Shown here: piece by piece, positions 37,201-51,594 of the stretch
How positions within the stretch are numbered: the stretch's first letter is position 1
Layout of the letters: every line of letters starts with the position of its first letter
Program-made: the position numbers and the translations under genes
Notes under the pieces: model-generated
Databases searched by the model: none
What the model saw: only the letters and a program-made list of their open reading frames with translations
Told to the model about the DNA's origin: nothing
Source of the DNA: Nemertoderma westbladi
Lineage: Eukaryota > Animalia > Xenacoelomorpha
Assembly (NCBI GenBank): GCA_032718475.1
Contig: JAUCBJ010007164.1
Location: 6,303 to 70,302 of the forward strand
Length of the DNA: 64,000 bases
Direction: 5' to 3'

Positions 37201-37308
37201 AAATCATTACACAACGTATTTGGGACAGGTAGGAATAATAGAAAGCCCCATAGAAGTGAAGGGAAACACCCTATTCTGGACAATGATGTAGACACTACTA
37301 CTATTGCG

Positions 37309-39213
37309 TGCGTATCTGTCAGGCCATGGAAAATAGCGAACGCGATGAATCCGTTCTCGCTTCCGGCAAACCTCCTGTCTCTATAAGGTTTCAAACTATA
37401 AACAGTCCAGGAGCAACTCAGTGGGTCGACCCCCAAACTCGGAGTCAAAGTCGAATAAAACTTTCTCCCCCAATTCCACTTTGGATAAATGCCGCAATTG
37501 CGGTGGTAAACCGCACTCTAATAAAGATAATTGTCCAGCCCGGTCTGCCACATGTCTCAACTGTGGGCGATTGGGCCACTATAAAAAGTTGTGCCGGTCC
37601 TCCTCTTCTAAACCTAGCGGACGAAACGGATGCGTTTCAACCATTATTGCCGCAACCTCGTCTTCCAGTGACAATGGGGACGACGCGATTTGTAAACTGT
37701 CGTACATTTCAATCACCATCGAGGACACAAACTTGGACGAGTCCCTCGGTAAGGTACATCGTGCGCTTCCTGACAGCGGCGCCTCTGCTACTCTTCTTAG
37801 CGGGAAACTATTCGCACAACTCGGGGGTAAACGGTGCAATCTTCGTACAACCGCGTGTTTAAATCTCCTGGCTGCCGATGGTTTACCTCTGGAAACTATT
37901 GGGAGGTTCGATGCTGCTGTATCATACAATGGTGTCCGTGCAACTACACAGATTGTAGTTGCACCCGAGGTAGACGGTATGATACTGTCACGCACCGTCA
38001 TCACCGACTTGGGGATTCTTCCCCGTAACTTCCCCGCGCAAATCGTCCCGATCCCAACCGCAATGCATTCGTGTGGGACGCTTAGTTCCTGTATTTCTCG
38101 TAAACCTAGCGAGTCTTCATCTCCAAACACGCCTGCAATGCAGCTACTGCGCGAGTTCATGGACGTGTTCGACGACGATTCCGCCCCATTACGCCACATG
38201 GACGGCCCACCTATGCATATCCTTTTGAAAGGCAATGCCACTCCATATCACGTAAATGGCGCGCGCCCGATTACATTGGCTCTGCACAATGAAGTGAAGC
38301 AACTCCTCGATAAACTTACATCGCACCGAGTCATCGAACAAATCGATACTCCGACTGACTGGGCTCACCCTATGACAGTCACCCGTAAGCCCAGCGGTCA
38401 GTTGCGCCTCTGTGTTGATTTGCGTCGCCTGAATGACCAGGTTCGCCACCCGTACTACCCATCCCGTCACCACGTACGGTTGTGGCGGGAATAGACAACA
38501 CGGCCAGGATATTCACTGTCCTGGATGCCGCATCTGGTTATTGGCAGATTCCCTTGGACCCCGCCTCTCAGGAACTCACAACGTTTATGACGCCATGGGG
38601 CCGTTTTAAATTCCTAAGGAGCATCATGGGACTCGTATCCTCTGGAGATGAGTTTAACCGCCGGGGCGACGACGCACTTCGGGGACTCCGGGGTGTTACT
38701 AAACTCGTAGATGACATTATCATTTACAGCGATACTCTAGAAAACCATCTTCTAGCCATCCGTGATGTATTACAACGATGCCGGGACCATGGCATTACTT
38801 TGAACCCGCGAAAAATTCAACTCGCTCAGCCCTCAGTTAAGTTTGCGGGCTATATAGTATGGGGAGGGCATTCATTCCGATCCTAACAAATTAAAAGTGA
38901 TCTCAGCCTTCCCATGTCCACATAATATCACGGATTTAAGGAGTTTCATCGGATTGGCAGAGCAATTAGCTCCATTTACGGACTCATTAGCGTCCATAAT
39001 GGCGCCACTGCGACCCCTATTGAGCCCAAAGGCTCAATACATCTGGACTCCAGATCAGCAGCGGGCATTTGAAGCAACTAAATTGGCCCTTACTACTACA
39101 CCAATCCTAGCTCATTTCGACACCGTACTGCCAACCAGCCCAGATGCGCTTTCACGCGCGCCTGTCGACAACCCGTCGGATGACGACATCGTGGATGACG
39201 GCAAGATGGCGCA
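37309..39213 (+). pseudogene. pol: Gypsy gag knuckles, protease, RT and truncated RNase H
   Basis: CRNCGGKPH..C and CLNCGRLGH..C; ALPDSGA; LRLCVDLRRLN; LDAASGYWQ; LVDD; RNase H core deleted between ILAHFD..LPT and PDALSR; several frameshifts. Confidence 0.9.
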
Positions 39214-40423
39214 TGTAAAAGCTTTTGCTGAATTGTCCAGTTATTTTTCCTTATTTTTCCCGTAAAATACTCTGTAGTTGGTTTACCAGGCATAAAAAGG
39301 CCGTGTCCTTGCTGTACTGGTGTTTTAGCGGACATAAAAGCTATTTCTTCTGTATTTGTACTTTAGAGGACATAATCCGTAATTCCGTGACGTAAAAGCT
39401 CGATACTCTTGAAAACAGTGTCGCTACCATGACGACGGCTAGCAGCTGATATTGCCACGTCGACGTTTCTTTGTTTCTTTGTTCTCTCGTTGTTCAGGTT
39501 GACCAATCAGAGCGTTTGTTGTCTCTGTGTTGGAGGTATACAGAAACTCAGTAGTTCAGTGTTATGTTTTGCCCAGAGCCTAAGAACCGGCTTTTGGCAC
39601 CTCCGTGTTTTCAGTTTTTAGTCCTACACTAGTAGGCTTAATTATAAGGACATATATCCGTTATCACTGATGTCTGATGACTGATGTCTGCATACTGCAT
39701 ACTGCAGTACTGCATACACTGCATACTGTGTAACACTGTGCATACTTTATATTGTTATACTGCTATTTACTGTCAGTTCTTCATAATATGGTTGATGAAT
39801 TATTATATTTGGAATAACGACAAATAACCCCGAAAACCCAATATTCTTGATATACCGAAGGTAAGAGAGAAAGGTTACAGATAAATGATTGCGACCTATG
39901 TTGAGTGGTTTGAAGTGAATCTAATGTTATTTGATAGACCCTACATGATTCGGTCCGTGTTCCTTTTATATGTGACTAAAATCAGTGAAGATCGGCAGAT
40001 CAGTGTGCAGTATTGTGCAGCATTGTGTATGAGTGAGACTGATAACGAAGCATTTCCTAAAGAATGCGCCATATATGTGAATTGTAACTAAGCCATATCG
40101 TTGTGAGTAGTTTAAGTCATAACTCTTTTTATATAGATAGAGCGCCACGTCCTAAAGGAACTGTTAATATTTCCCGAAGGTGAATAATATTGTCAGAGAT
40201 TATATAATACTGTCAGTCGAATAATACATTAGGCTTACATAGCAATAAAATTAAGCCGTCGAACCCAATCTCCCGGGTATATCCAGCGGGTGAATGATCG
40301 CGCACAGATTGGTTTCGACTAGTGTAGTGAATTAAATACTTGTCATAGACTAAAGGTGATTTATTATCTAGAAGACATCCTAATTTGGCGGGTTAAACTG
40401 CCAAAGGTCTGAAAGCGCGAACA

Positions 40424-40435
40424 ATAACGGATATA
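40424..40435 (+). promoter_or_regulatory. Non-tRNA PBS of copy 2, complementary to LTR segment 39653-39664
   Basis: ATAACGGATATA is the reverse complement of TATATCCGTTAT. Confidence 0.72.
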
Positions 40436-42722
40436 GCTTCTTTATTGCAGTAAGCAATAAAGTTGAAAGTACCGGTCAACCGGTAAACCTGAACGGTACA
40501 TCTGTAGGTCGGTAGGCCTAACTGTCCTAACCGGTACTTCCCGTATAAGTACACTAGTATTATTCGATTTGATTGTTGTATACCGGTAGGCTGTTTAAGA
40601 GATTAGGGACTGTACACCCCTTGTTTCTTTTGGAGCTTACTTATTTCTGTCAAGTTTTATTTGTTTGTAGGCCAGTATTGAACAGAAGGCGTGTAAGCCT
40701 GATCAGATTGTACAGACAATTTGTAGGCTGAGCTGTTGTCTGATTGCTGTTAAGTCCGAATGAATTGCAGTGTGTGTAGATCACCTGTCCGATTAAGTAC
40801 GGTTAGGAAGTAGGGGCAGCGAACGCTGTAAGGTAAACCCCCAACTAAAGAATAAGTCGCACTACTGGGTTAGAGCGCATACTCCCTAATCATTTCGGAG
40901 TCTGCATGTCCTGTAGTTTATTTAGGCTTGAGAGTAGTCTGCCATCGTTTAGTCTGTACTTTGTTTGTGTAAGTCTGTACGGGTAGCGTATAATTTTATT
41001 TAGATAATTTGTAGGCTGGATAGTTGTCCGGCTGTTATTAGGTCTGAACGGATTGCAGTGTGTGTAGATCATTTGTCTGATTAAGTACGGTTAGGAAGTA
41101 GGGGCAGCGAACGCTGTAAGGTAAACCCCCAACTAAAGAATAAGTCGCACTACTGGGTTAGAGCGCATACTCCCTAATCATTTCGGAGTCTGCATATACC
41201 GTAGTTTGTTTAGGCTTGATAGTAGTCTGTCAGTGTTCGGTCTGTATTTTGTTTGAGTAGTTTGTACGCGTAGCGTAATATTTATTATTCAGAGTTTATG
41301 CGATTATCCGCAACATTCATTCCCCAAGTTTGTTCCTACAGTAATTGTGTTTGTTATACATACCGTTATAGTTAAATTAACCCCGGTACTACACGGGCTG
41401 CTTGGCATAGGTAAAGACTGGTGATTTTGTGCATCGGTCACTCCAGCAGATGCCGTGGTTCTTTTAGCTGTTCAAGTATATTTAACTACTGATTATATGT
41501 TATACAAGTACTCGTACCTAATTTAGGGTTTAGTGTACAGTGCTTTCCGAGAGTAATTAGTGTAGGCATTATATTTGTGTTGTAAAGTGGTTAATAGGCA
41601 CATTCGATTAGCTCTATTAACTTCTAGGTAGGAACACTCCGTGATACATAACGTAGAACCTATAGCGATACGGCTATAGGTCGTCAGGCGGTGGTATTTT
41701 CCTATCTGGACAACGCAGTGTATTTACTACTACTTATTATTTCAAATACCGCATTACCCTGTCCGTTGTAATAACCAGAATTCTAACCCTTTGTTAGGCT
41801 GGTTTGTAGACTTCTTGTAAAATTACCCTAAAAATTCGTATTTTGTGTTTTGTAAATTTTTATGTTTATTTAGAGATTGTAATCTCACCCGAATTGTACG
41901 TAATTTGTAGTATTAAGTAACTTAGGTAAATTAGCATTATTTGTTTTAGTGTCCTATAAGTAACACTTCACTGAAAGCGCACCGCTTTGTGTAGTGATTA
42001 CTCCCCAGAAATAATAACATTTATTTCAAACATTGACAAACCCATTAAAACGGGTATATATATATTATAAATCAAATCTAACGATTTATAAATAGTAGGC
42101 CTACCATAAAACCATTAGGTCTCAATATCAGTCGGATTACTGCTCAAATAACGGTAATAAAGTAAGTAAGGTAACCAAGTAACCCTTGAAATTCAGAAAT
42201 TCAGTTATTTAAAATAATTGATATACCGGTATTTACAATAGGCTTATTATATTTATTTCTATAAATTTTAGGTTGAAATCATACCGGTATTCTGTAATTA
42301 ATTCTAGTTTGTAATTATACTTATATATATACACTATAAGTGTAAACTGCATACCGGTATTTACGATAGGCCTATTATCTTTATTTCTATAAATTTAGGC
42401 TGAAATTATACCGGTACTTGTAATTAATTCTAGTCCAGAATTATATATACTACAAACTGTAAGCTGTATACCGGTATTCCGATAGGCCTATTATATATTT
42501 ATATATATTTGTGCTAAAATTATACCGGTATTCTGTGATAAACCTAGTCTGTAATAATAGTTATATATACTATAAGCATACCGGTATTCTAATATATTAT
42601 ATATATCACGCTACACTGAGTAGCAGTATCGGTAATTAATTACTAGGCTAGCAGTTAATACTGAATTACTAGACTTGCTTAGACTGTAATATAGCAGTAG
42701 GCATTCAACTGTACAAACAAAA

Positions 42723-45700
42723 ATGTCTGACACAAAACGGGCACTGTCAGATAGTCTTTTGGAAGGTGTTAGAATCAGCCTTAGACTTGGACAGGGTCTT
42801 GAAAGGAAGATGGCAGAGGCAATGGCAACAGCAGAAGCGAAAAGAAAGGTGGCAGAGGCAATGGCAACAGTAGAAGCGGAAAGAAAGATAGAGACACCTG
42901 TACTCCCAGAACCTGCCTATAAATTCCCTTTGTACAGTACTAAATTACCTGTGCCCAGTAGGACTGTTCCCGAGTCCGAACCCATCCTGGACGCCGAGCG
43001 AGATATTAAGAATTTATCGCCCGTCGTCTCTCGCTCGCCCGCTACAACGTTGGCGACTCCCGCTTCGGCGGTTGAGTGGGTAGCTGAGGGACGACGGGAG
43101 ATGGGTCTCCTGCTCGAGCAGCTGAGGGAACACTGTTTGTGCTCCTCTCAGCAGGTCCGGGAAATGGAAGAGACTGTTCAGCAGCTCAAGGGAACAGTAA
43201 GGGAAAGTAGGTTAGAGTTGCAAAAGGTGCAGCAAAGTATCGCGTTAGAATGCGATAAATTAGTGAACATACAAAGGGGTATAACACCACCCCCTGTAAC
43301 AATGTGTCAACCCGTTAGGTCTGAAGTATTTCATGCGCAAGGTGTGGAGCCTACACGCATCTATACTGCTAGTGAAGTAGAAACTCCTATAGTAAACCCT
43401 ATTCAGGGTAATTATAGACCTGTTGATAATGATATTCCATATAGAACTGATCATAATCCGAGAAATTTATATACCGATAACTCGATATTAAATAGCACGA
43501 TGGCCCAAGAAAGTTTTACGCGTCAAATGGCTAGAACCGAAGCCCGGCAAGCGGTAAAGGTGGGAGAGATCGTTAAGTTCAATGGAGATGAGATGAAATG
43601 GTTACCTTTTAATGAATATTACAAAGATAACATACAGAACTCTGTACTATCTAATGGAGAAAAACTTAGATACCTCATCGAGTGCTTGGAAGGATCTCCC
43701 AAGTTAATGGCGTTAAGGTTTATTGGACATCCAGACGGATTAGGACAAGTTTGGGATACACTAAACATCAGGTATGGTAATAGGAATAACATAGCTGGGT
43801 ATTTGTATGCAAAGTTGGTAGCGCCCCGAAAGTTTATTAGCAGCGGGATTATAGAGTTTTCCGATGAAATTCAGGAGATCTGCAGACAATTAGATTGGCT
43901 AGGTAAGTCTCATGAGTATCAGAGTGCTATGGTTATTAGAGCAGTGGCTTCTGCTTTACCGAAGGGTGGAGTAGGTACACGCTGGGATAAGAAAGTGTTA
44001 TATATGATGGAACAACAACGACGAGACCCTACCATGGCTGATCTCATGTCATTCTTAGATGGAGAAGTGAAATTACAGCTCCTAAGGCAGTCCAGAGAGA
44101 AGACATTGGAAAACAAGGTAAGTGAGAAACCCGTTTCTAGGAGAAGGGTAACACCAGTATGTTATACCGACGACGGTGAAAGCCAAACTTCTCAAGGAGA
44201 GGACAGCGGGAAAGACACTGACAGATCTTATTATGTCAATAAAATGCCTAAAGATCAGGTAAGTAAATCCGAGTCTCGACCCAATGACAGAAGGGAACCG
44301 GTACAAAAAACCCTTCCTACGTCTCCTAAAAGAATTCAGGTGAGAAAGCCCGAGGAAAGAACAAGTGTGCACCACATAGCACAGGTTAAAGTAAGTAACA
44401 TCAAGCCGAAATGTGTGCTGTGAGACGGGCCCCACCGTTTAAATGCGTGTGATAAATTCCTGAGGAAATCACTAAAGGATAGACGTGAAGTCATGTGGGA
44501 TAAGCGGTTGTGTTATAATTGCCTCAGACGAGGACACCAACGGCGAACCTGTAACTCCGACGCAAGGTGTGCACAGTGCGGCGCAAAACATCATGTCTTG
44601 TTGCACACGGAATTTGAACGAAACAGCCCGAGTCAGGTAAGTGAGTCCGAACTACATGTCCAATTCAGTGATGTGAACGACACTGATCAATCTGAGATGG
44701 AAGGATTCTATACGGACGAGTTCTCCGACCAAAACGAATCCTGTTACCTAATAAACACCACCGCAGTGTATCGAGCACTCGTGTATGAAAAAGACACAGA
44801 CAGCGACCTCACCCTAACTACTTCAGATCAACAACCATCTTGGAAAGCGCCAACTTCCAATATAGGAATCCGAGAATTTCCTGTAGTCCAGTTACGGGTC
44901 CACGGACCTCAGAAGAGCTATATAGTGAACGCCCTCCTGGACTCCGGTAGCACAGGAACATTCATCGATAAAGAACTAGCCGAAGTCATCTTTGCTGGAC
45001 AACCCAAGTTCCGAACCAAGCTAAACATGTCAGGAATCATGCAAGTTTGGAAATCTACAGTAACAGCTGATTATTATGTAGGCGCGTTGTCCACCCCCCA
45101 GGACGAACTAGGAGAACATAGCATAAGGTCAGTGAAAATGGTGGCTATAAAGAACTTCGCTACTACTCAAGCAGACCTTTATAATTGGGACGAGGATGAG
45201 AGCATCCAACATCTTAACATACCTCGATTCCAGACTGATTATCCTGGAGTGCAAATACTCATCGGCCAAAACGCGCATGAGGCGCTGGAGACATTAGAGA
45301 AACGACCTGCTCAACCGCAGCCACTACAGACCTATGCGGTAAGAACTAGAGTAGGTTGGTACCTTACTGGACCTTCCCGTAGAACGCTCAGGGAAAGACT
45401 GCTTCAAGATCGCGTCTGCCAGGTGAGTGAATGGGAAGATGATACTAGTGAGGGAGACGACCCAACTGAGGGAACACCACACTCCTCAGATAATGACAAT
45501 CTTAGCTCCAATGTAGATCAATGGAGATATTGCCCCAAGAAGTTTAATCCAACGGACATCGCTTCCAGAGGAGCAACTCCTCAAGAACTGACAGATACTA
45601 TAGACCGGTTAGGTGAACCCGACTTCCTGAGTAAGGAGAATGAATGGCCTCCCCATCTTACTCCGACTGAGATTAGACCAGCCAAGGGAGCGGAGAAAGT

Positions 45701-46151
45701 CGAACCTGAAACCCGGACGGGTGGATCGGAGTTATTTGAACCCGGGATAGATCTGTCGGTATTACATGTTGCCAGGGACGACGCCGTGGATCTGGGCCTC
45801 CCCACCGCGAGTGGATTCTTCATGAAGATCAGAGAGAGCGATTGGAGCTCTGGAACATCAGACGTCTCGCAGGGACTCTCACCTCTCCTGCAGAGAGCGA
45901 CGGACCACTATAGCTCCTGGAATCGGCTTTGTGACGCCGTCATATACTTTGAGCGATGTTTCTATCGTCACTATTCCAGGACGAAGAGGAAACCTGGAAT
46001 TGTATTCAGGATGCAACGACTCAATCACCCAGTCGGTCGTTTGTGTTTACCGGAAGGGAATGGAGGACTCTCCGGAAACTGTGGAAGGCAAGATTCTCAT
46101 CCCACGACCACCTCCCTAATCCTTCAAACATCTAGGGACTCCATAACGTAA
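42723..46151 (+). CDS. gag: Gag-protease plus residual pol of copy 2, one frame with a single premature TGA at 44421-44423
   Basis: ORFs 42723-44423 and 44493-46151 are in the same frame; TGA replaces the TGC (Cys) of the first knuckle in copy 1. Confidence 0.85.
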
Positions 46152-47808
46152 CAACATATGGAGTGGGCGTGTGACTCTATTATTTTATATTATTTTATTA
46201 TTTTTATATTTACGTATGTATTACTATGTAATTTTATTATAATCGTTTTCTTTAATTTTATTCAGTAGAATGTTATTTTAGAGATTATTTAGTAGATTAG
46301 TGCAATATATTCGTGTTTATTGCGTACGTAATTACGTATATATTATATTTAGTGCGACGGCAAGAAATAATTCTTTTCCTTCTTCCTTACTGTCCGTATT
46401 ACATTACAAATACGTAACTACAGTAAGATGAAATGTCCGTACTTATTAAAGTACAATAAAGCCACTACTATATTTAAGTATTATTGGTAGGCAGAGTATT
46501 AGGAATGCAAAGTTCAGATCCTCGTGTCTCGGCTAAACCAAGCTCTGGGTAGACCTTGGAAACGACTTGCCTCTTCACACTGACATTGCTTCGTGCGATA
46601 TTGCTCTCATACCGTATATTAAATAATACATATAGTAGCGTGATGTCCCTTTAACAGTAGCGTATCACGCAAAATAAATCTGTTAAACCCTTTGACCATC
46701 TGTCATTCTAGTCGATTAAGATATCGCGGCACCCACCGATATACTTGAAAGACAAATTCTAGAATCAGTGGTTAACGTCCCCAGACAAGTTCTGGAATAA
46801 ATTGGTGCCCATCTCAAATATTAATTATTTAATATTTGCAAATCTAATAAATCAAATCTGTAAAATTCAGATCCTTCAACAATTCTAGTCAATTAAGATA
46901 TCGTAGCATTTACCGATATTCTTAAAAAAGACAATTGTCATAGAATTAAGGATCTTGTGTCCCTAGACATGTTCTAGAATCAAAATATGTCCATTTAATT
47001 ATCAAATAATAAAATTTCAGGGAATAAATTTAAATTCATGCCTTTTAATGAATTTAATAAATTGCCATTTTTACGCAATTTATAAAGTTCCCAAAATTCC
47101 ATTAATTAATAGATCAAGGGAGCGGAGATTTATCTTATCATGCGTATGAGTGTGTGAAAGTCTCCCAAACATAGTCAATAGCCGATAAAATTCATAAAGT
47201 CATGTATAAAACAGAACATTGACTATTAAAGAATACTATTAAATAACATCCCAGATCTGTATGCATTGGAATCACCCTAATTCTACCGCTAGCTTTGCAT
47301 AATGTCACCATAGCAACAACCACGCTAGAATTAGAATTGAGTTAAAAGAACAATAGAAAGCTTGTCCCATTGAATAGCATAGGGAATAAATAGCGCACTA
47401 CTAGTATCCAAGGATACATAATAATACAGTGACATTCTGGAAGGCATTGACTAACGGACAAATGGCCCGAATGTGTGTAATTTGTGACAAGTTGTGTGTG
47501 TGGTATTTGTGAGTTTATAGGTGAATGTTACTGCTAAAGTGTGTTTACAGTAGCTAGTCGCAATCGTAAAAGTAACCTAACTCTCCAAGGAAAACCTGAA
47601 GTACATCTAAGCCTTTGGGACGGACAGTTGAGTGACTTGTGCCGGTTGTCGTTGTCGTTGTGCGGCTACGTCGTTGGCGAAAGTACAGCGGCGACGACAC
47701 ATCGGCGCTGAGGATCTCGTACTGTCCGGGGGTTGATTGGGGTAGGCAGCGACGCTCGCTAGCCTAAATATGAACTCATTATAATATGGATAAACTCATA
47801 TAGCAGAT

Positions 47809-49050
47809 ATGGTTGAGTTGATAGAAGATGATCTTGGTATCGGGGAGCGATATACTCTACTTTTACAAGCGTTTGTTGATAGCTTAATACGCGGCGACGT
47901 TAGTCCAACTGCTGCGGAGGACGATGGTCGTTATATCGAACCGCCAATGTCCCAAGAGCAGCTCACGCGTGAGTTGGACTATAGAAAATTCGCTGCTCGA
48001 TATACGCAGCGTAATGGTATGTATATGGGCTTCTTAACTACTGGTCATCCTATCGATGTTCGAATGAAATTCGAATGCGAAAATTCTATTCGAAATCGAC
48101 TCGAAAGAAAAGACACTAAAGAAACAAATGGACGCGGTAACTCCAACGTATATTTGGAATTCTTGATAGAAGCATTGTAACAACAAATAAATATCACCCG
48201 CGTTTACCCTACCAGACGTGCGTCTTTGGTATTATTACGATAAATGCCCTAGACCCAACTAATAAACGGAAAGACATAAACATCCACGTAAACCGAAACT
48301 TGTTGAAGTATCACCCATGCTCACTCGGCTCGAACGATCCTGGAGTAAACCTACGATCAGAGTCCCGGAATACTCGGTCAAACCTCTTCATTCCTTAGTT
48401 GGACCTCAGACCTGCGATCCTGGTGGTGTCGCGGATCCTCGCGGACTGTATTCACTGTTCAAGATCTAGTGCTACCCTAACAATTAATCGGTAACACTCC
48501 GACAGTGATTTCTAGCTAGCCGCCCATCTTACCTAGCCGGATTGTGACGCGGACACCTAATATCACTATCCAACCGTATGGTCGTCCCCGTTTAACGCGA
48601 TACAACCCCTCATCAAGGTGAAGGAGAGCGTTGTACGAAACGAGTTAAACGCTATTCTATAAAGATCAAAAAAGAAACCTGCGTTTGTTCAGATAAACGT
48701 AAGTTATAACAGTAAGTCCAATCGATAAACGAATTGGCCTTATCTCAATTCGATTGGGAAATCCAGAATCTCTAAGAAGTTATCGAACTTGGACGATCCT
48801 ATTCTCTGCGAGAGTTTTTGGATGAACGTATCCAGCTACGAGCGGAGGAAAATCAGCTCGAGGAGAAGCATATCGAAACGGCAGATACCTCGACCATAAA
48901 CCTACACCTTCTGATGCAATCATATTGCATCCTTCACCCAGGAGTTATGGCCCTCCTAGTAAAGTGGCTCCCCCCAAAGAGAAAAAGACTCTTGCTAGCC
49001 TCAAAAAACTGCGTAAACGCCGTCTGCGTAAGAAAGACTAACTGTTTAGA
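47809..49050 (+). pseudogene. Decayed and deleted remnant of the BEL accessory ORF
   Basis: MVELIEDDLGIGERY matches MTELIEDDLGIRERY; C-terminal KKLRKRR-RKKD retained; exonuclease and knuckle region absent; stops present. Confidence 0.85.
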
Positions 49051-50363
49051 GTATCTTTATGTTTTAGAAACTGTGATTTTTATATTTTATAGACTGAAAA
49101 TCCCATTTTCTGGGAGCGGTGTAAAAGCTTTTGCTGAATTGTCCGGTTATTTTTCCTTATTTTTCCCGTAAAATACTCTGTAGTTGGTTTACCAGGCATA
49201 AAAAGGCCGTGTCCTTGCTGTACTGGTGTTTTAGCGGACATAAAAGCTATTTCTTTTGTACTTTAGTATTTAACTTTAATTAACTTGTATTTGTACTTTA
49301 GAGGACATAATCCGTAATTCCGTGACGTAAAAGCTCGATACTCTTGAAAACAGTGTCGCTACCATGACGACGGCTAGCAGCTGATATTGCCACGTCGACG
49401 TTTCTTTGTTTCTTTGTTCTCTCGTTGTTCAGGTTGACCAATCAGAGCGTTTGTTGTCTCTGTGTTGGAGGTATACAGAAACTCAGTAGTTCAGTGTTAT
49501 GTTTTGCCCAGAGCCTAAGAACCGGCTTTTGGCACCTCCGTGTTTTCAGTTTTTAGTCCTACACTAGTAGGCTTAATTATAAGAACATATATCCGTTATC
49601 ACTGATGTCTGATGACTGATGTCTGCATACTGCATACTGCAGTACTGCATACACTGCATACTGTGTAACACTGTGCATACTTTATATTGTTATACTGCTA
49701 TTTACTGTCAGTTCTTCATAATATGGTTGATGAATTATTATATTTGGAATAACGACAAATAACCCCGAAAACCCAATATTCTTGATATACCGAAGGTAAG
49801 AGAGAAAGGTTACAGATAAATGATTGCGACCTATGTTGAGTGGTTTGAAGTGAATCTAATGTTATTTGATAGACCCTACATGATTCGGTCCGTGTTCCTT
49901 TTATATGTGACTAAAATCAGTGAAGATCGGCAGATCAGTGTGCAGTATTGTGCAGCATTGTGTATGAGTGAGACTGATAACGAAGCATTTCCTAAAGAAT
50001 GCGCCATATATGTGAATTGTAACTAAGCCATATCGTTGTGAGTAGTTTAAGTCATAACTCTTTTTATATAGATAGAGCGCCACGTCCTAAAGGAACTGTT
50101 AATATTTCCCGAAGGTGAATAATATTGTCAGAGATTATATAATACTGTCAGTCGAATAATACATTAGGCTTACATAGCAATAAAATTAAGCCGTCGAACC
50201 CAATCTCCCGGGTATATCCAGCGGGTGAATGATCGCGCACAGATTGGTTTCGACTAGTGTAGTGAATTAAATACTTGTCATAGACTAAAGGTGATTTATT
50301 ATCTAGAAGACATCCTAATTTGGCGGGTTAAACTGCCAAAGGTCTGAAAGCGCGAACAGCGCA

Positions 50364-51594
50364 CTATGTACGTGCCGTCACTCGCCAGACCACTACCACA
50401 ATTGCCGGTGGCGACAGTGCCGCACTCACGGACCCAGTACTTACCAAACTGTCGAGCATAGCAGCTGCTGACCCCCTATATATGGAACTCATTTGCGCCG
50501 TCGAGCAGGGTTTCCAGCCAGAGTCCCGTACGAAACCCGGCGGCTTACAATACTGGTCTACGCACAACCAGTTGACCACCTCGGATGGTCTGGTGCTATT
50601 GGGCCACCGTATCGTGATACCATTTGCTGCCCGCAAGGACACCCTATCCCAACTGCACGCATCCCACCAAGGCATCGAAAAAACAATCCGCCGTGCTCGC
50701 CAATGTGTTTATTGGCCCGGAATAACTAATGACATTAAACAAACTGTGGCGCAATGCCACACCTGCCTCGAGATGCGTCCATCTCAGATCCAGGAACCTT
50801 ACCCGACCCGTCCTTTCGAAGATATTAGCGGAGATTTCTTCATGCTGAGTGGGAAGAACTATCTCGCCTTGGTGGACCGGTATTCCGGGTGGCCCGACAT
50901 CGTTAAATTCAATACGCCACCTGACGCCACACATACAATTATGGCTCTAAAGAACTGGTTTGTCCAATACGGCGTTCCAACACGGTTACGATCAGACGGA
51001 GGCACGCAATTTACTGCTCGTGCGTTCACTCAATTCCTGAGTAACTGGGGTGTTAAACCCGTCACTTCCTCCGCTGAATACCCTCAGGGCAACGGGCATG
51101 CTGAGGCCGCGGTCAAGGCCCTTAAACGTCTCCTTGACAAGTCGGGTGGCAACATTGATAGCGATGCTTTCCGCGACGGCCTCTTAGAATTGCGTAACGG
51201 GCCCCGAGAAACCGGTTTATCACCTGCTGAAGTGGTGTTTGGCCATCCATTACGATCGCGCGTACCAGCTCATCACTCAGCGTTTTCTACCCAAGTCCAA
51301 CAAACCCGGACACTTCTAGACGAGACATTGCCAAGTGTCCAAAATAAACGCATTGCAAGATACAACCGACGCTCTCGTAGCCTGCCTGAAATAACTGTTG
51401 GAACCCCCATAATTATTCAGAACCAAAAGACACGGCGATGGGATCGGCGCGGAATAGTCGCGGAGGCAGGTGAGAACCGCAAGTTTTCCATCCAGACACC
51501 ATCCGGACGTGTTCTCATCCGGAATAGGAGACTAATTATTCTGGACACTTTCATCCGAAAATCCAAACCCAGCTTCACCACCCCCTCCGGATAG
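50364..51594 (+). CDS. pol: Gypsy integrase (continuation after the BEL insertion)
   Basis: LHASHQG..YWPG..C..C; GDFF; VDRYSGW; SDGGTQF; PQGNGHAEAAVK; RNRR. Confidence 0.92.

Larger units (their letters stand above)
27472..37306. mobile_element. 9.8-kb non-coding foldback DNA element with ~700-bp unique TIRs and inverted arrays of subterminal repeats
   Basis: 27472-~28185 is the reverse complement of ~36596-37306; termini CAATAGTA...TACTATTG; CG duplicated on both sides; removing it restores gag DDCVRIC. Confidence 0.88.
39214..50358 (+). mobile_element. Non-autonomous, internally deleted BEL/Pao element (copy 2, same family as copy 1)
   Basis: LTRs 39214-40423 and 49120-50358 (29-bp indel between them); TSD GCGCA; leader, gag, PR and spacer homologous to copy 1; RT, RH and IN mostly deleted. 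Confidence 0.95.
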
